This document shows positions 19,354 to 29,670 of a stretch of DNA of 64,000 nucleotides, piece by piece. Source of the stretch: Rhodospirillales bacterium (GTDB taxonomy: Bacteria; Pseudomonadota; Alphaproteobacteria; Rhodospirillales; Casp-alpha2); contig JAJFII010000111.1 in the NCBI GenBank assembly GCA_021775095.1, positions 36,801-100,800 of the forward strand, in the 5' to 3' direction. The position numbers and the translations under genes are program-made. Each line of letters starts with the position of its first letter. Position 1 is the first letter of the stretch. A model generated the notes under the pieces. That model worked only from the letters and a program-made list of their open reading frames with translations. It searched no databases and was not told the origin of the DNA.

Positions 19354-20700
19354 ATGTCAGATCAATACGATGTAATTATTTTAGGCGGCGGAAATGCCGG
19401 CTTTGGGGTCTCGGCTATTGCCGCCGAAGCGGGTAAAAAAATCGCCTTCATAGAAGAACGAGATTTCGGTGGCACCTGTCCAAATCGCGGCTGCACGCCA
19501 AAGAAAGTTCTGGTGGCGGCAGCCCACGCCCTGGACGAAATTGAAAGGGCCGCAGTTCACCATATTGATGTCGGCAAAGCGAAACTCGACTGGGCCAAAC
19601 TGATCCGCCGGGAAAAGGAAATGATCGCTTTTATTCCTGACGCAATGACCGGTGTCGCCGAAAAACGCGGCGACGTTTATCGCGGTACGGCGAAGTTTGT
19701 TGGCCCTAACACCATTGAGGTCGATGGCCGGATTTTGCATGGCGACAACATTGTCATCGCCACCGGTTCGAAGACCCGGTCGTTGCCGATTCCGGGTAAT
19801 GAATTGATGATCACGTCAGATGATGTGCTCTCCGAACAAGCCCAACCGGCCGACGTGGTTTTCATCGGTGGCGGCGTAATAGCCATGGAGTTCAGCCACG
19901 TTTATGCCCGGGCCGGGACCCAGGTAACGATCCTCGAAGCCATGCCCCGGCTGCTGCCCCGGGTCGACGTCGATGCCGTCGCCGCCATTCAGGCGGAAAG
20001 CGAGCGCATTGGAATTACCGTTCAAACATCGGTCACCGTTAAGGCTGTAACGAAAGTTGGCGACCGACTTCGGGTAACTTACGAAAGTGACGGTCAGGAA
20101 CAATCCCTTGAGGCTGAGCGGGTGATCAATGGGGCCGGTCGGGTGGCCAATGTTGAGGGCCTTGATCTGGATGCCGGCAAGGTCGCCCATGATCGTATTG
20201 CCGTCGAGGTGGATGACTACCTGCGTTCAACTTCCAACCCGTCTGTTTGGGTCGCTGGTGATGCCCTAGTCAATTCCCCTCAATTATCGCCCATCGCTTC
20301 CTACGAGGGCCGTATTGTCGGCCAGAACATTGTTAACGGTCCGACCGTTAAACCGGACTATCAAGTGATCCCGTCGGGCATCTATACGGTACCGGCGCTG
20401 AGCACCGTCGGCCTGACGGAAGAGCAGGCAAAACAGTCGTCGGCCGATATTAAAATCACATCGAGTGAAATGACCGGTTGGTTTTCCGGCAAGAGTTACG
20501 GTGAAACCGTCGCTTGGGCCAAGGTCCTGGTCGATCAGTCGGCCGACCGGATCGTCGGCGCACATCTGGTCGGCCACCAGGGAGAGGAACTGATACATCT
20601 TTTTGCCATGGCCATGCGGCACGGCATTAAGGCCAGCGCTCTGAAGGATGACATGTTTGCGTTTCCAACATTTTCGTCGGACGTAAAAAACCTGTTCTAA
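19354..20700 (+). CDS. class I pyridine nucleotide-disulfide oxidoreductase (glutathione reductase / dihydrolipoamide dehydrogenase family)
   Basis: 448 aa. FAD motif GGGNAGFG, redox-active GGTCPNRGCTPKK (C-x4-C), a second Rossmann motif GGGVIAMEF, and a C-terminal dimerisation region. Confidence 0.9.
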   Translation: MSDQYDVIILGGGNAGFGVSAIAAEAGKKIAFIEERDFGGTCPNRGCTPKKVLVAAAHALDEIERAAVHHIDVGKAKLDWAKLIRREKEMIAFIPDAMTGVAEKRGDVYRGTAKFVGPNTIEVDGRILHGDNIVIATGSKTRSLPIPGNELMITSDDVLSEQAQPADVVFIGGGVIAMEFSHVYARAGTQVTILEAMPRLLPRVDVDAVAAIQAESERIGITVQTSVTVKAVTKVGDRLRVTYESDGQEQSLEAERVINGAGRVANVEGLDLDAGKVAHDRIAVEVDDYLRSTSNPSVWVAGDALVNSPQLSPIASYEGRIVGQNIVNGPTVKPDYQVIPSGIYTVPALSTVGLTEEQAKQSSADIKITSSEMTGWFSGKSYGETVAWAKVLVDQSADRIVGAHLVGHQGEELIHLFAMAMRHGIKASALKDDMFAFPTFSSDVKNLF

Positions 20701-20776
20701 GCATCGATTGCCAGGCAGAACATACCCTCACGGACCGGCCAGGGGGAGGCCCCGTCGCTGCCTGACAAAGTGCCTG

Positions 20777-20805
20777 TTGACATAAGGTGTATATACACAT
20801 AAAAT
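20777..20805 (+). promoter_or_regulatory. sigma70-like promoter of marR with palindromic operator
   Basis: TTGACA (20777-20782), a 17-nt spacer, then TAAAAT (20800-20805). The perfect 12-bp palindrome GTGTATATACAC (20787-20798) sits in the spacer. Confidence 0.5.
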
Positions 20806-20831
20806 TGAACTGAAATAAAAGGAACTCAACA

Positions 20832-21275
20832 GTGTCTCGTCGAAAAGAAAAATACCAGCGCCTTGCCGATTGTTCCTGCGACAGGATCCGGCGGTCAGCT
20901 CGTCAGGTCACGCAGCTATATGAAACGATGTTGCGCGAGGTCGGGATCAAACCCAGCCAGTTTACCATTCTCGCGACCCTTGCCAATAGCGGTACCATTG
21001 CCCTGTCTCCGCTCGCCGATCAACTGATGCTGGACCGTACCGGCCTGACCCGCAATCTCGCGGTGCTGGAACGCAATGGCTGGGTGCGTATCCAACCCGG
21101 CCCGCACGACCAGCGCCAGCGGGTAGTCGCTTTATCAAATTTGGGTTTTGACAAACTTGATCAGGCAATACCCCATTGGCGACGGGCCCAGCAGGCCCTT
21201 TCAAAAAAAGCCGGTGAAACCACCCTTGTGGACCTGCGCGAAAATTTACTGAAAATCAGCAAACAATTGAGTTGA
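20832..21275 (+). CDS. MarR-family transcriptional regulator
   Basis: 147 aa. Winged-helix region with LTRNLAVLERNGWV and DQRQRVVALSNLG. Confidence 0.9.
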   Translation: MSRRKEKYQRLADCSCDRIRRSARQVTQLYETMLREVGIKPSQFTILATLANSGTIALSPLADQLMLDRTGLTRNLAVLERNGWVRIQPGPHDQRQRVVALSNLGFDKLDQAIPHWRRAQQALSKKAGETTLVDLRENLLKISKQLS

Positions 21276-21292
21276 TTTTTTTTCTCAATAAA

Positions 21293-21305
21293 GGTGCATA
21301 TACAC
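21293..21305 (+). promoter_or_regulatory. second copy of the MarR-box motif upstream of the downstream membrane-protein gene
   Basis: GGTGCATATACAC matches GGTGTATATACAC (20786-20798) at 12 of 13 positions. Confidence 0.4.
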
Positions 21306-21349
21306 TAAATATCAGAAACAGAAAAACCTCAAGGTAGGAGAATTACAAG

Positions 21350-21850
21350 ATGCAACCCCTGGAAATATTCTGCCTGCAATTTTTATTGAGCCTTGTGCTC
21401 TTTGCACTATTTGCCAAGTGGTATTTGTCGCCGTGGCTGGCGACCAAACCAACCCGGGTGGCGCTGGCACTGCTTATCCTGCCCCACACCTTCCGTCACA
21501 TCGGCTTAACCTTTCTGACACCCGCCGGAGCCCTGCCAACCTTGCCCATGGATTTCGCTGTCGCAGCGGCCTATGGTGATTTGCTTAGTGGTTTGCTGGC
21601 GCTGCTGGCTGTGGTCGCTCTGCGGGGTCGGTGGACCGGGACGCTGGCATTGGTTTGGCTGTTTAATTCGGTCGGGACGATTGATCTCTTCAACGCCCTG
21701 CGGCAAGCCGACGCGGTCCCGCATTTCACTGCCAGCTGGTACATACCAACTTTTCTTGTGCCCCTGTTGCTGGTGACCCACGCCATGGTCTTTATCCGGC
21801 TTGTCAAGGCCAACGGCACCCGCCTACTACCCGTTGCTCCTTCGCCCTGA
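21350..21850 (+). CDS. hypothetical integral membrane protein
   Basis: 166 aa with 4-5 hydrophobic helices, preceded by a GGAG RBS. I recognise no family. Confidence 0.6.
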   Translation: MQPLEIFCLQFLLSLVLFALFAKWYLSPWLATKPTRVALALLILPHTFRHIGLTFLTPAGALPTLPMDFAVAAAYGDLLSGLLALLAVVALRGRWTGTLALVWLFNSVGTIDLFNALRQADAVPHFTASWYIPTFLVPLLLVTHAMVFIRLVKANGTRLLPVAPSP

Positions 21851-21913
21851 CCGCCGCACCTGCCCTTCTGCGCAACAGTTTGCCGATGGCCTGGCCGAGG
21901 CCCGGCCGATGAT

Positions 21914-23089
21914 TTATCTGGAAAGCCAAACCGCAGTCAGATCGTCGGGAAGGGGATCGGGAGCCTTTTCCAGGAACTCCGAGAGGACTCCATTGAGTGC
22001 CAATGCGGCATCTGAATTTTGGTGGATAGCGGCCAATGCGGCGACACCCTCAATCTCAAGGACACCAATGTCTTCGCATTCGGTTTCATACAATGCATCA
22101 CTGTACATAAACAAAAAGGATCCCTCAGGAAACGCCACTTCACGGTTTTGGTATTTGGTTTGTGCGCGAATACCCAGGGGAAAGCCGCTGCCATCACCGG
22201 TAATCACTTCGTCGGAACCGACGTGTCCATAAAGGGGAGGTGGTGCGCCAGCTGCCGAATAGATCATTAAATCATTGATAACGTCAATGACCACATAAAC
22301 CATCGTGCAGAACTGGTCGACAGGCATGACGGCCGATAGTTCTTGGTTAATGGTTTCCATATATTCTGCCGGCGAGCTTTGGCAAACCCCAAGGCGGCTT
22401 AGAAGCATATCCAGACGGAAGGTGTTGAGGGCGGCTGATATCCCGTGTCCGGTAAAGTCGGCAGTCAGAATCGCAAACCGTCCCGGGTCGATGGATTGCA
22501 CTGACCAGTAATCCCCACCAAGTTCTGACGAGGGTTTAAACAGGCTGGCCAATCGCACCCCATATTTCTGCTCGATGATAACCAGGTCGTCGGCCGTCGG
22601 AACCGCCGACGTTTGCATGGTGGCGGCAACGGAAAGTTCCATCGTCAACCGCTCATGGAAACGGGACAGTTGCTCTATCAGCAAATTGCGTTCGACCAGG
22701 TTGGTCACCCGTTCTACCAATAGGTCGCCGTTTATCGGCTTCGAAATTAAATTGGATGCGCCGGCCTGCATGATGTTATTGCGTTCATCGCGGTCATCGT
22801 GGGCGGTAACCACAAGAACCGGGAGGTCTCGGCTGTTTTCTGCGCTTCGGATCCGCGCCAAGGTTTCAAGTCCATTCATAACCGGCATGTTAACGTCAAG
22901 GATCACGCAGGCCGGCCGAACCTTGGGGATCATTTCCAGGGCGTCGACACCATTGACGGCAAACGCAATAACCGTGAACCCGGATTTTTTCAACAGGGCT
23001 TCGACAAACAGGCGGATCAGCTTCTCGTCATCGACAACCAGAATAGGACAGTTGGCGAAGCCGTCCGTTAACGGCGGGTGCTGGGGCAT
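21914..23089 (-). CDS. response regulator fused to PP2C/SpoIIE serine phosphatase (RsbU-like)
   Basis: 391 aa. REC domain (ILVVDDEKLIR...ILDVNMPVMNGLE...VTAHDD) followed by PP2C-type blocks (GGDYW, ADFTGHGISAAL, SDALYE). Confidence 0.9.
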   Translation of the reverse strand: MPQHPPLTDGFANCPILVVDDEKLIRLFVEALLKKSGFTVIAFAVNGVDALEMIPKVRPACVILDVNMPVMNGLETLARIRSAENSRDLPVLVVTAHDDRDERNNIMQAGASNLISKPINGDLLVERVTNLVERNLLIEQLSRFHERLTMELSVAATMQTSAVPTADDLVIIEQKYGVRLASLFKPSSELGGDYWSVQSIDPGRFAILTADFTGHGISAALNTFRLDMLLSRLGVCQSSPAEYMETINQELSAVMPVDQFCTMVYVVIDVINDLMIYSAAGAPPPLYGHVGSDEVITGDGSGFPLGIRAQTKYQNREVAFPEGSFLFMYSDALYETECEDIGVLEIEGVAALAAIHQNSDAALALNGVLSEFLEKAPDPLPDDLTAVWLSR

Positions 23090-23787
23090 CTGGTGGGATG
23101 TAACTCCGACGTTAAATTTTGACGGTCTGGCTGTCGGGGCATCACGGTGCGTTCCCTCGCGATAATGGGCAAGCGCACACCATGGGCCGTGGCTGGTGGA
23201 ACATAATCATAAGCGCTGCATGCCAAATCCTCTTCCCGACCATCGACCGGTTAGCGACAAAATACCACTCCCCAAAACCCCCTATTTTCGGATCCGTTCT
23301 ATGGCCTTCAAACCAGTACTTTTGGTATTCCCAAAACCTTGATCCGTTGGAATTTGAACGGCCTGCTTATTGCATAATCGAGACTAACCGGTTCTGTCCA
23401 AGGAACCAGCATTTCCCGATATTTCGATGAATTATTTTGCATGGCGGGTCCGGAGCCCAAGAGATATCGAACGGCTAATCGATTTTGATCATCCATATAA
23501 GCGGTTTGACGCTCGCCTCCGGGGGACAGGGAAGGGAGAAATCAACTTCCGTGTTTCGGGGGAATATGGTCGGCGGCCCTTCACAGTAAACGGGTTGACG
23601 AACCGATACCATTTTCTGCCATGCCGGTAAAAAATCCAGGCCGTCAGTCCCGTTGCGTTGATTGCCTGGATCCCGGGGCCAAATTCTGCATTTGGCGTAT
23701 TGAAACCTGTGTCGAGCGGGTATGGGCGGTTGCCCGGCATTTTTGTGCAAGGTAACGCCCATCCCATTCCGGATCTCGCCCCGCTGC

Positions 23788-25887
23788 CTAAGCAGCGGAG
23801 ATTTTAGTTAAAAAAGTATCTACCTGCTGGCGCAGGGTGTCCGATCTTTCGGCAACCGATTGCGCCGATTTTAGAACTTCGTTGGCGGCACTTCCCGTCT
23901 CGCCCGCAGCTTGAGAAACTCCGGAAATATTTTCCGTTACTTCGGAGGTGCCGGCCGATGCTTCCTGCACATTCATGGATATTTCCAGAACGGCTGCCCC
24001 CTGCTCAGAGATCGCGGCTGAGATTCCCGAAGAAATGGAACTCATCTGGTCTATAACCTTGGTGACGTTACCAATGGAACTGACGGATGCTTCCGTTACA
24101 TTTTGCACTTCGTCAATCTGTTTGCTGATTTCTTCCGTCGCCTTGGCCGTTTGGTTGGCCAGGTTTTTAACTTCCGATGCGACAACGGCAAACCCCTTGC
24201 CTGCATCCCCGGCCCGTGCCGCCTCAATGGTCGCGTTGAGCGCCAGCAGGTTGGTCTGATCTGCGATATCGGTAATCATCGATACCACTTCACCGATTTT
24301 ACCGACCGATTGGGACAGACCCTGGATCATTTCGTTGGCTTTGACGCCTTCCTCACCGGCCGTTTTGCTGATCGCTTCCGACTCCGATAACTGGCGGCTG
24401 ATTTCGCTACCCGAGGCACCCAGTTGCTCCGCTGCAGAAGCCACCGTCGCGACATTTGCCGATGCCTCTTCGGCTGCGGCAGCCACTGCCATAGATTGCT
24501 GCGAGGTTTGTTCGGCGGTGGTTGACATGGTTTGAGCGGATGATTCCAGTTCCGTCGATGCCGACGATACGATCGATAGGGCTTCGCTCACTTCCGAATT
24601 GAAGCTTTTTAACAATTCGTCAACAGCTTCGCCGCGTTTGACGCGGTTCTCATTGGCTTCGCGCTCACGTTCCGCCATCTCATCGTTTTTAATCATGTTT
24701 TCTTTGAAGACCTGGACCGCCGCCGCCATGCGGCCGATCTCATCCGACCGATTGACACCCGGGATCTCAACCGATTTATCGCCGCCGGACAACGCGCCCA
24801 TGGCGTGTGTCATTCGGTTTACCGGACCGACAATCGACCGGATAATAAGCAGGGCAATAAATGCCGCCAGAACCAGTCCGGTGGCAAGCAGACCCCATTC
24901 CAGGGATAACAGGGTATTGACGGCACTGGAGTTGGCATCCACATCTTTTCTTAGCAGGTTCTGTTGATTGCGTTGCATGCCGCCGGTGCGCACGCCTTGC
25001 TCGTTGGCTGCACCCAATAACATGTTCAACAGCGTATTCGCCCGGGGTGCGGCTTCGGTGACAAGGGTGAAATTGGCCATGTTCCATTTATCCGATCCGC
25101 GAATGTCGAACATTTTCTGCGGCAGGGGTGAGAACGCCGTGCGTTTACTTTCGAACGCCGTGAACGCCTCCTGTTGGTCTGTCGACAGGTTCGCAACCTG
25201 CCCGGCAAGATCGGCAAACCGTTTGCTGTTCTTTTGCCAAAGGGTGGTGAAGTTTGTCGCAAATTTTTCATCGCCAGTTAACAGATAGGCACGGATATTG
25301 GCGAGGCCAAGTCCGAGAGTGCCGCGGGTGTCGGCCACCATCCCGAGAATTTGCACACGATCTCCGCCCGTGCCCCCTTTCCCCTGCAATTCCAGGTCGA
25401 TAATTTTTGAAATGCTGGCGATCATGACAGCTGCCAGGGGTGCCGCTTCTTCGACCAGCACCAGTGTGGCCGGTTGTTCGCGTGGGGTTTTTGCGATGTC
25501 TTCGACCTGTTGCTGGGCGGCGCGGAATTCGTTGATGATGCCCTTAAAAACCTGCAGCTTTTCGACGTTTTTCGGGTTGGTCCACTGGCTTGACAGGACA
25601 TCCATTTGACTGATGGTTTTGTCAACATTGGCCCAAATTTCGGCCCGTTGTTTTTTGAAATCATTGGCACCGGTCAGCATATAACCGCGTAGGGCGGCCA
25701 GCGAGGCGTAGATGTCTTTGACCATGGTGGCGCTTGACGCTGCCGTTGGCATCCGCAGGTCAACGATCCGGGTCGCTGTTTTATCTATCGCCGTAACCTG
25801 CCAAATGGTTATCCCGACGGCCAGGGTAATAATGACAGCCATTGCTGAAAACCCGGCGATCAATCTGCCGCTGATATTTAAATTCAT
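23788..25887 (-). CDS. methyl-accepting chemotaxis protein
   Basis: 699 aa. TM1, a periplasmic helical sensor of about 300 aa, TM2, HAMP, then the conserved signalling hairpin ([37 protein letters not shown]). Confidence 0.9.
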   Translation of the reverse strand: MNLNISGRLIAGFSAMAVIITLAVGITIWQVTAIDKTATRIVDLRMPTAASSATMVKDIYASLAALRGYMLTGANDFKKQRAEIWANVDKTISQMDVLSSQWTNPKNVEKLQVFKGIINEFRAAQQQVEDIAKTPREQPATLVLVEEAAPLAAVMIASISKIIDLELQGKGGTGGDRVQILGMVADTRGTLGLGLANIRAYLLTGDEKFATNFTTLWQKNSKRFADLAGQVANLSTDQQEAFTAFESKRTAFSPLPQKMFDIRGSDKWNMANFTLVTEAAPRANTLLNMLLGAANEQGVRTGGMQRNQQNLLRKDVDANSSAVNTLLSLEWGLLATGLVLAAFIALLIIRSIVGPVNRMTHAMGALSGGDKSVEIPGVNRSDEIGRMAAAVQVFKENMIKNDEMAEREREANENRVKRGEAVDELLKSFNSEVSEALSIVSSASTELESSAQTMSTTAEQTSQQSMAVAAAAEEASANVATVASAAEQLGASGSEISRQLSESEAISKTAGEEGVKANEMIQGLSQSVGKIGEVVSMITDIADQTNLLALNATIEAARAGDAGKGFAVVASEVKNLANQTAKATEEISKQIDEVQNVTEASVSSIGNVTKVIDQMSSISSGISAAISEQGAAVLEISMNVQEASAGTSEVTENISGVSQAAGETGSAANEVLKSAQSVAERSDTLRQQVDTFLTKISAA

Positions 25888-26486
25888 TTCTTCGCCCTCC
25901 GTTTGAGTTCGTCATGAGGTCCACAGAAACGTTCGAACTGGGTCAAAGCAGGGAGGCGCTTTTCATGACGTTAACTAAATCAGTACCCGGTCGTCCTGGT
26001 CATTAGCAAAACCAACTCTCTACTCCTAGTGGAGTTTTGGTTGGCAGACGACTTTCGATATGTAATTTCTTATTTCCAAGTGTAACCAGCCTGTTGGATT
26101 TCGAAGCGGAGCGGCCGCGCCATCAACAGGGCGCAGGGTCGGTCAAAGATTTAGGATTGTGGCGACTTATGGCGGCCGGAACGACCAACGAAATACCGAT
26201 AGATCCTTATGGTGCTTTTGACATTGGCAAAGGTCTTCGACGGTTCCAACCCTGGTTGATCGGGCGATGGCAATCGATATTGCCGAATTTTTGCACGGCG
26301 TTTGCGTAGGCCTGCCTGGTGCCAGGAATAGGCAACACGGTGAGACCTTGGGATTCCTTTAAAGGCCTGTTATCCTCGCCCGATAAATTGAAATGGGTTG
26401 TAATTTTTATATGGGCCCATATGGTTGCAACCCTATCGCGCCGAATTGTGAATCCCCGTCAGGTCGTTGAATTTAGGCGATATACA

Positions 26487-27644
26487 ATGAATAAAGAGGA
26501 CCAAGTCCACGGCGCACTGTTAAAACGTATTTCCCAGTTGGAAAGCGAGTGCGAAACATTAAGGACGACCAAAGCCCAGTTTAATGACGTTATTGCAAGC
26601 CTGAACGAAGGATTTGCTTTTTTTGATGCGGAAGATCAACTGGTCGTATGCAATCAAAAATTTCGCGATTTGCGGCCTGGTTATGACGACCTCATTAAAC
26701 CAGGAATTCGTTACGAAGAATTTCTTAAATTACCAAATGACGCGATGCGACTGGAAGACATTGATAACCGCGATGAGGCCTGGTTCAAAAAGCGTGTGGA
26801 GCACCATCGCAACCCAACAGGACCGAAATACCGGGCCCTGAAAAATGGCCATCATGTTCAAATAAATGAAATCAAAACACCGGGCGGAGGCATTGTTTTC
26901 ATTCGGACGGATATTACCGAGCTGATTAATGCCAGACAGCTTGCAGAAGCTGCCAGCCGGGCAAAGTCGGAATTCCTCGCCACCCTGAACCATGAAATGC
27001 GCACCCCCCTGACATCGGCCTTAGGTAGTCTGGGGCTGCTGAATGCCATACTGGAAAAAGATATGCCCGAAGACGGGCAGGAACTTCTGCAAATCGCCAT
27101 AAGAAACAATGAATCCTTGCTGCGATTGGTGAACGAGTTGCTCGACTATGAAAAAATATTGTCTGGCAACATAAAAATAAAAACCAGCCGCCATGACATT
27201 GGCGAGCTCACTGCAAAAGTTGTCAAAGAGAATGTTGGATTTGCCCACACCCACGCGGTTAATTTTGTTGTCAAAAAAGATAACGTACCGTTTTTTGCAA
27301 AGGTTCAAAAATATCGATTTGAGCAGATATTAAACAATCTTTTATCCAACGCAGCCAAATTTTCCGAAGTCGGTAGCGACATAATCATTTCCGTTGAACA
27401 GGATAATCAGCTCCTGTTCGTCAAAGTTAAGGATGCCGGACCTGGTATCCCTAAGGATTTTGAACCGGAAATTTATCAACCTTTTACTCAGCTGGACGCG
27501 TCCTCGACACGCAAACACGGCGGTACCGGGCTGGGCCTTTCGATCAGTAAAACATTGACAGAACTGATGGGGGGAACTCTTGGTTTCCAAACGGAAGTCG
27601 GAGTTGGCAGCACCTTTTATCTGGCCTTCCCCGCCATGAAATGA
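26487..27644 (+). CDS. cytoplasmic PAS sensor histidine kinase
   Basis: The ORF is open from 26319. I prefer the ATG at 26487 (MNKEDQ). H-box LNHEMRTPLTSA, N box LLSNAAKFS, and G boxes DAGPGIP and GTGLGLSI. Visibly more AT-rich than its neighbours. Confidence 0.85.
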   Translation: MNKEDQVHGALLKRISQLESECETLRTTKAQFNDVIASLNEGFAFFDAEDQLVVCNQKFRDLRPGYDDLIKPGIRYEEFLKLPNDAMRLEDIDNRDEAWFKKRVEHHRNPTGPKYRALKNGHHVQINEIKTPGGGIVFIRTDITELINARQLAEAASRAKSEFLATLNHEMRTPLTSALGSLGLLNAILEKDMPEDGQELLQIAIRNNESLLRLVNELLDYEKILSGNIKIKTSRHDIGELTAKVVKENVGFAHTHAVNFVVKKDNVPFFAKVQKYRFEQILNNLLSNAAKFSEVGSDIIISVEQDNQLLFVKVKDAGPGIPKDFEPEIYQPFTQLDASSTRKHGGTGLGLSISKTLTELMGGTLGFQTEVGVGSTFYLAFPAMK

Positions 27645-27734
27645 CCGCCGGAGATCGAGGGATTGCTGGTCTGCCCGGTCGGCTTTTTATCAACTGAATT
27701 CGTCGGGTTTGAAGCTCATGCGCATTGCGCTGGA

Positions 27735-29222
27735 TTAATCGTCCTGGGCTTTAAACGACGACCACAAGGCCCAGGCGAGAACCAGCGCCGCCGTCAGTAA
27801 AAAACCGGCACTTATGGGACGCTCGAGAAAAACCATGAAGTCGCCCCGCGACAGCAGCAACGAGCGTCGCATAAATTCCTCGATCATCGATCCGAGAACA
27901 AAACCGATCAACAGCGGCGCCGGCTCAAAGTGAAATATCCGCATGAGATATCCCATGACACCGAACACCAGGGTGACCCAGATGTCAAATATCGAGTTGT
28001 TGATGCTGTACACACCGACACAAATCAGCACGACAATGGTTGGATACATCAAGTAATAGGGGACCCGCAACAGCCGTACCCAGATCCCGATCAGGGGAAT
28101 ATTGAGAACCAATAACAACACGTTGCCGATCAAAAAACTGACGATCAGTCCCCAAAACAAATCGGCGTGTTCTGTCATCAATTTCGGGCCGGGAATGATG
28201 CCGTGGATCATTAGTGCGCCAAGCATCAGGGCCATGGTTGTGCTGCCGGGGATGCCCAGGGTCAATGTCGGTATAAACGCCGTTTGCGCCGCCGCATTGT
28301 TTGCCGATTCCGGGGCCATGACACCTTCAATGGCGCCCTTGCCAAATTGTGCGCTGTTTTTGGAGACCCGTTTTTCGATGGCATAACCGATATAGGAGGC
28401 AACGGTTTGACCGGTGCCGGGCAGGGCACCAAAGAATGAACCGATGGACCCGCCCCGTAAAACCGGGCCGATGGAACGAACCCATTCGTCTCTTTTTGGC
28501 AAAAACGAGGCAAAATTAATTTTATATTCCTTGCGTTCGATCAAGTTGCCGTGGATCGAGATGACAACCTCCGAAATCCCAAACAGCCCCATGGCGACAA
28601 TCACCAAACTGACGCCATCGCGCAGTTCAATAATGTCACCGGTAAACCGTTCAACGCCGGTATTGATGTCGACGCCGACGGTGCTCAACATGACCCCGAC
28701 GGTGACCATTAAAATGCCCTTGAGGGCACCGGACTGGCTAACAATCGACGCCGCAATTAATCCCAATACCATGACGGAGAAATATTCAGTCGGGCCAAAG
28801 GACAGGGCCACGGCGGACAACAGGGGAGACAAAAGGGTCATCACCAGAACGCCCATAATGCCACCGCAAAACGACGCAATTGCGGTCATAAACAAGGCGA
28901 CACCGGCGCGCCCCTGCTGGGCCATGGGATGGCCGTCCAAACAGGTGATCGACGCCGACGGTGTACCCGGAATGTTAAGAATAATGGAGGCGATGGAGCC
29001 GCCGTATTCAGCCCCGTAATAAACCCCGGCCAGCATGACCAAAGCGGTTGCCGGTTCCAGATGGAACGAGACCGGCAATAACATGGCAACGGCGGCCAGG
29101 GCACCAATTCCCGGCAGGACGCCGATAAACGTTCCGAGGGTGACGCCAACAAAACAGAATAATAAATTGGTTGGTGAGAACGCGGTCTCGATGCCAAGCG
29201 CGAGATTGTTTAACAAATCCAT
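27735..29222 (-). CDS. tctA: tripartite tricarboxylate transporter large permease TctA (second copy)
   Basis: The ORF is open to 29246. The ATG at 29222 (MDLLNN) lies just past the tctB stop. It shares long blocks with the TctA at 10905. Confidence 0.9.
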   Translation of the reverse strand: MDLLNNLALGIETAFSPTNLLFCFVGVTLGTFIGVLPGIGALAAVAMLLPVSFHLEPATALVMLAGVYYGAEYGGSIASIILNIPGTPSASITCLDGHPMAQQGRAGVALFMTAIASFCGGIMGVLVMTLLSPLLSAVALSFGPTEYFSVMVLGLIAASIVSQSGALKGILMVTVGVMLSTVGVDINTGVERFTGDIIELRDGVSLVIVAMGLFGISEVVISIHGNLIERKEYKINFASFLPKRDEWVRSIGPVLRGGSIGSFFGALPGTGQTVASYIGYAIEKRVSKNSAQFGKGAIEGVMAPESANNAAAQTAFIPTLTLGIPGSTTMALMLGALMIHGIIPGPKLMTEHADLFWGLIVSFLIGNVLLLVLNIPLIGIWVRLLRVPYYLMYPTIVVLICVGVYSINNSIFDIWVTLVFGVMGYLMRIFHFEPAPLLIGFVLGSMIEEFMRRSLLLSRGDFMVFLERPISAGFLLTAALVLAWALWSSFKAQDD

Positions 29223-29223
29223 G

Positions 29224-29670
29224 TCACGGCATCCGGAAGGCGGCAAAAGGAAGTTGCAGGGCGATAATAAAGATCAGCCATACGGCCAGGCTGACACATA
29301 CCGCCAAAAGGAATTTGCGACCAAAGCTCATGCGGGAGTCGGCCAAGCTGCTGGCCAGGACCGATAGCAGGGCAGCGGGCACGATGCCAAAATATTGAGT
29401 GACAAAGGCGAAGGCGACGACCCCGGCGCTAACTGCGGCGAAGGACCGCAGATCGATCGGTTCAATCGTCGCCGTTTCCACAAACGCCTTGATAACCACC
29501 GCAGCCGATAGGATCGAAACGATCACGCCCAGGACCAAGGGGAAATAGCCCGGCCCCATGCGCCGGGCCGTGCCCAATTCCATATCCAGTGATTGTGAGA
29601 CAAAAAAGAGACCCAGGGCGAGCAGCAACAGGCCACCAATCCCATTGACCCATTTTGCCGCGGACATCAT
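29224..29670 (-). CDS. tctB: TctB small membrane subunit (second copy)
   Basis: 148 aa with four TM segments and the LGTARRMGPGYFP motif, as in the other TctB. Confidence 0.75.
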   Translation of the reverse strand: MMSAAKWVNGIGGLLLLALGLFFVSQSLDMELGTARRMGPGYFPLVLGVIVSILSAAVVIKAFVETATIEPIDLRSFAAVSAGVVAFAFVTQYFGIVPAALLSVLASSLADSRMSFGRKFLLAVCVSLAVWLIFIIALQLPFAAFRMP

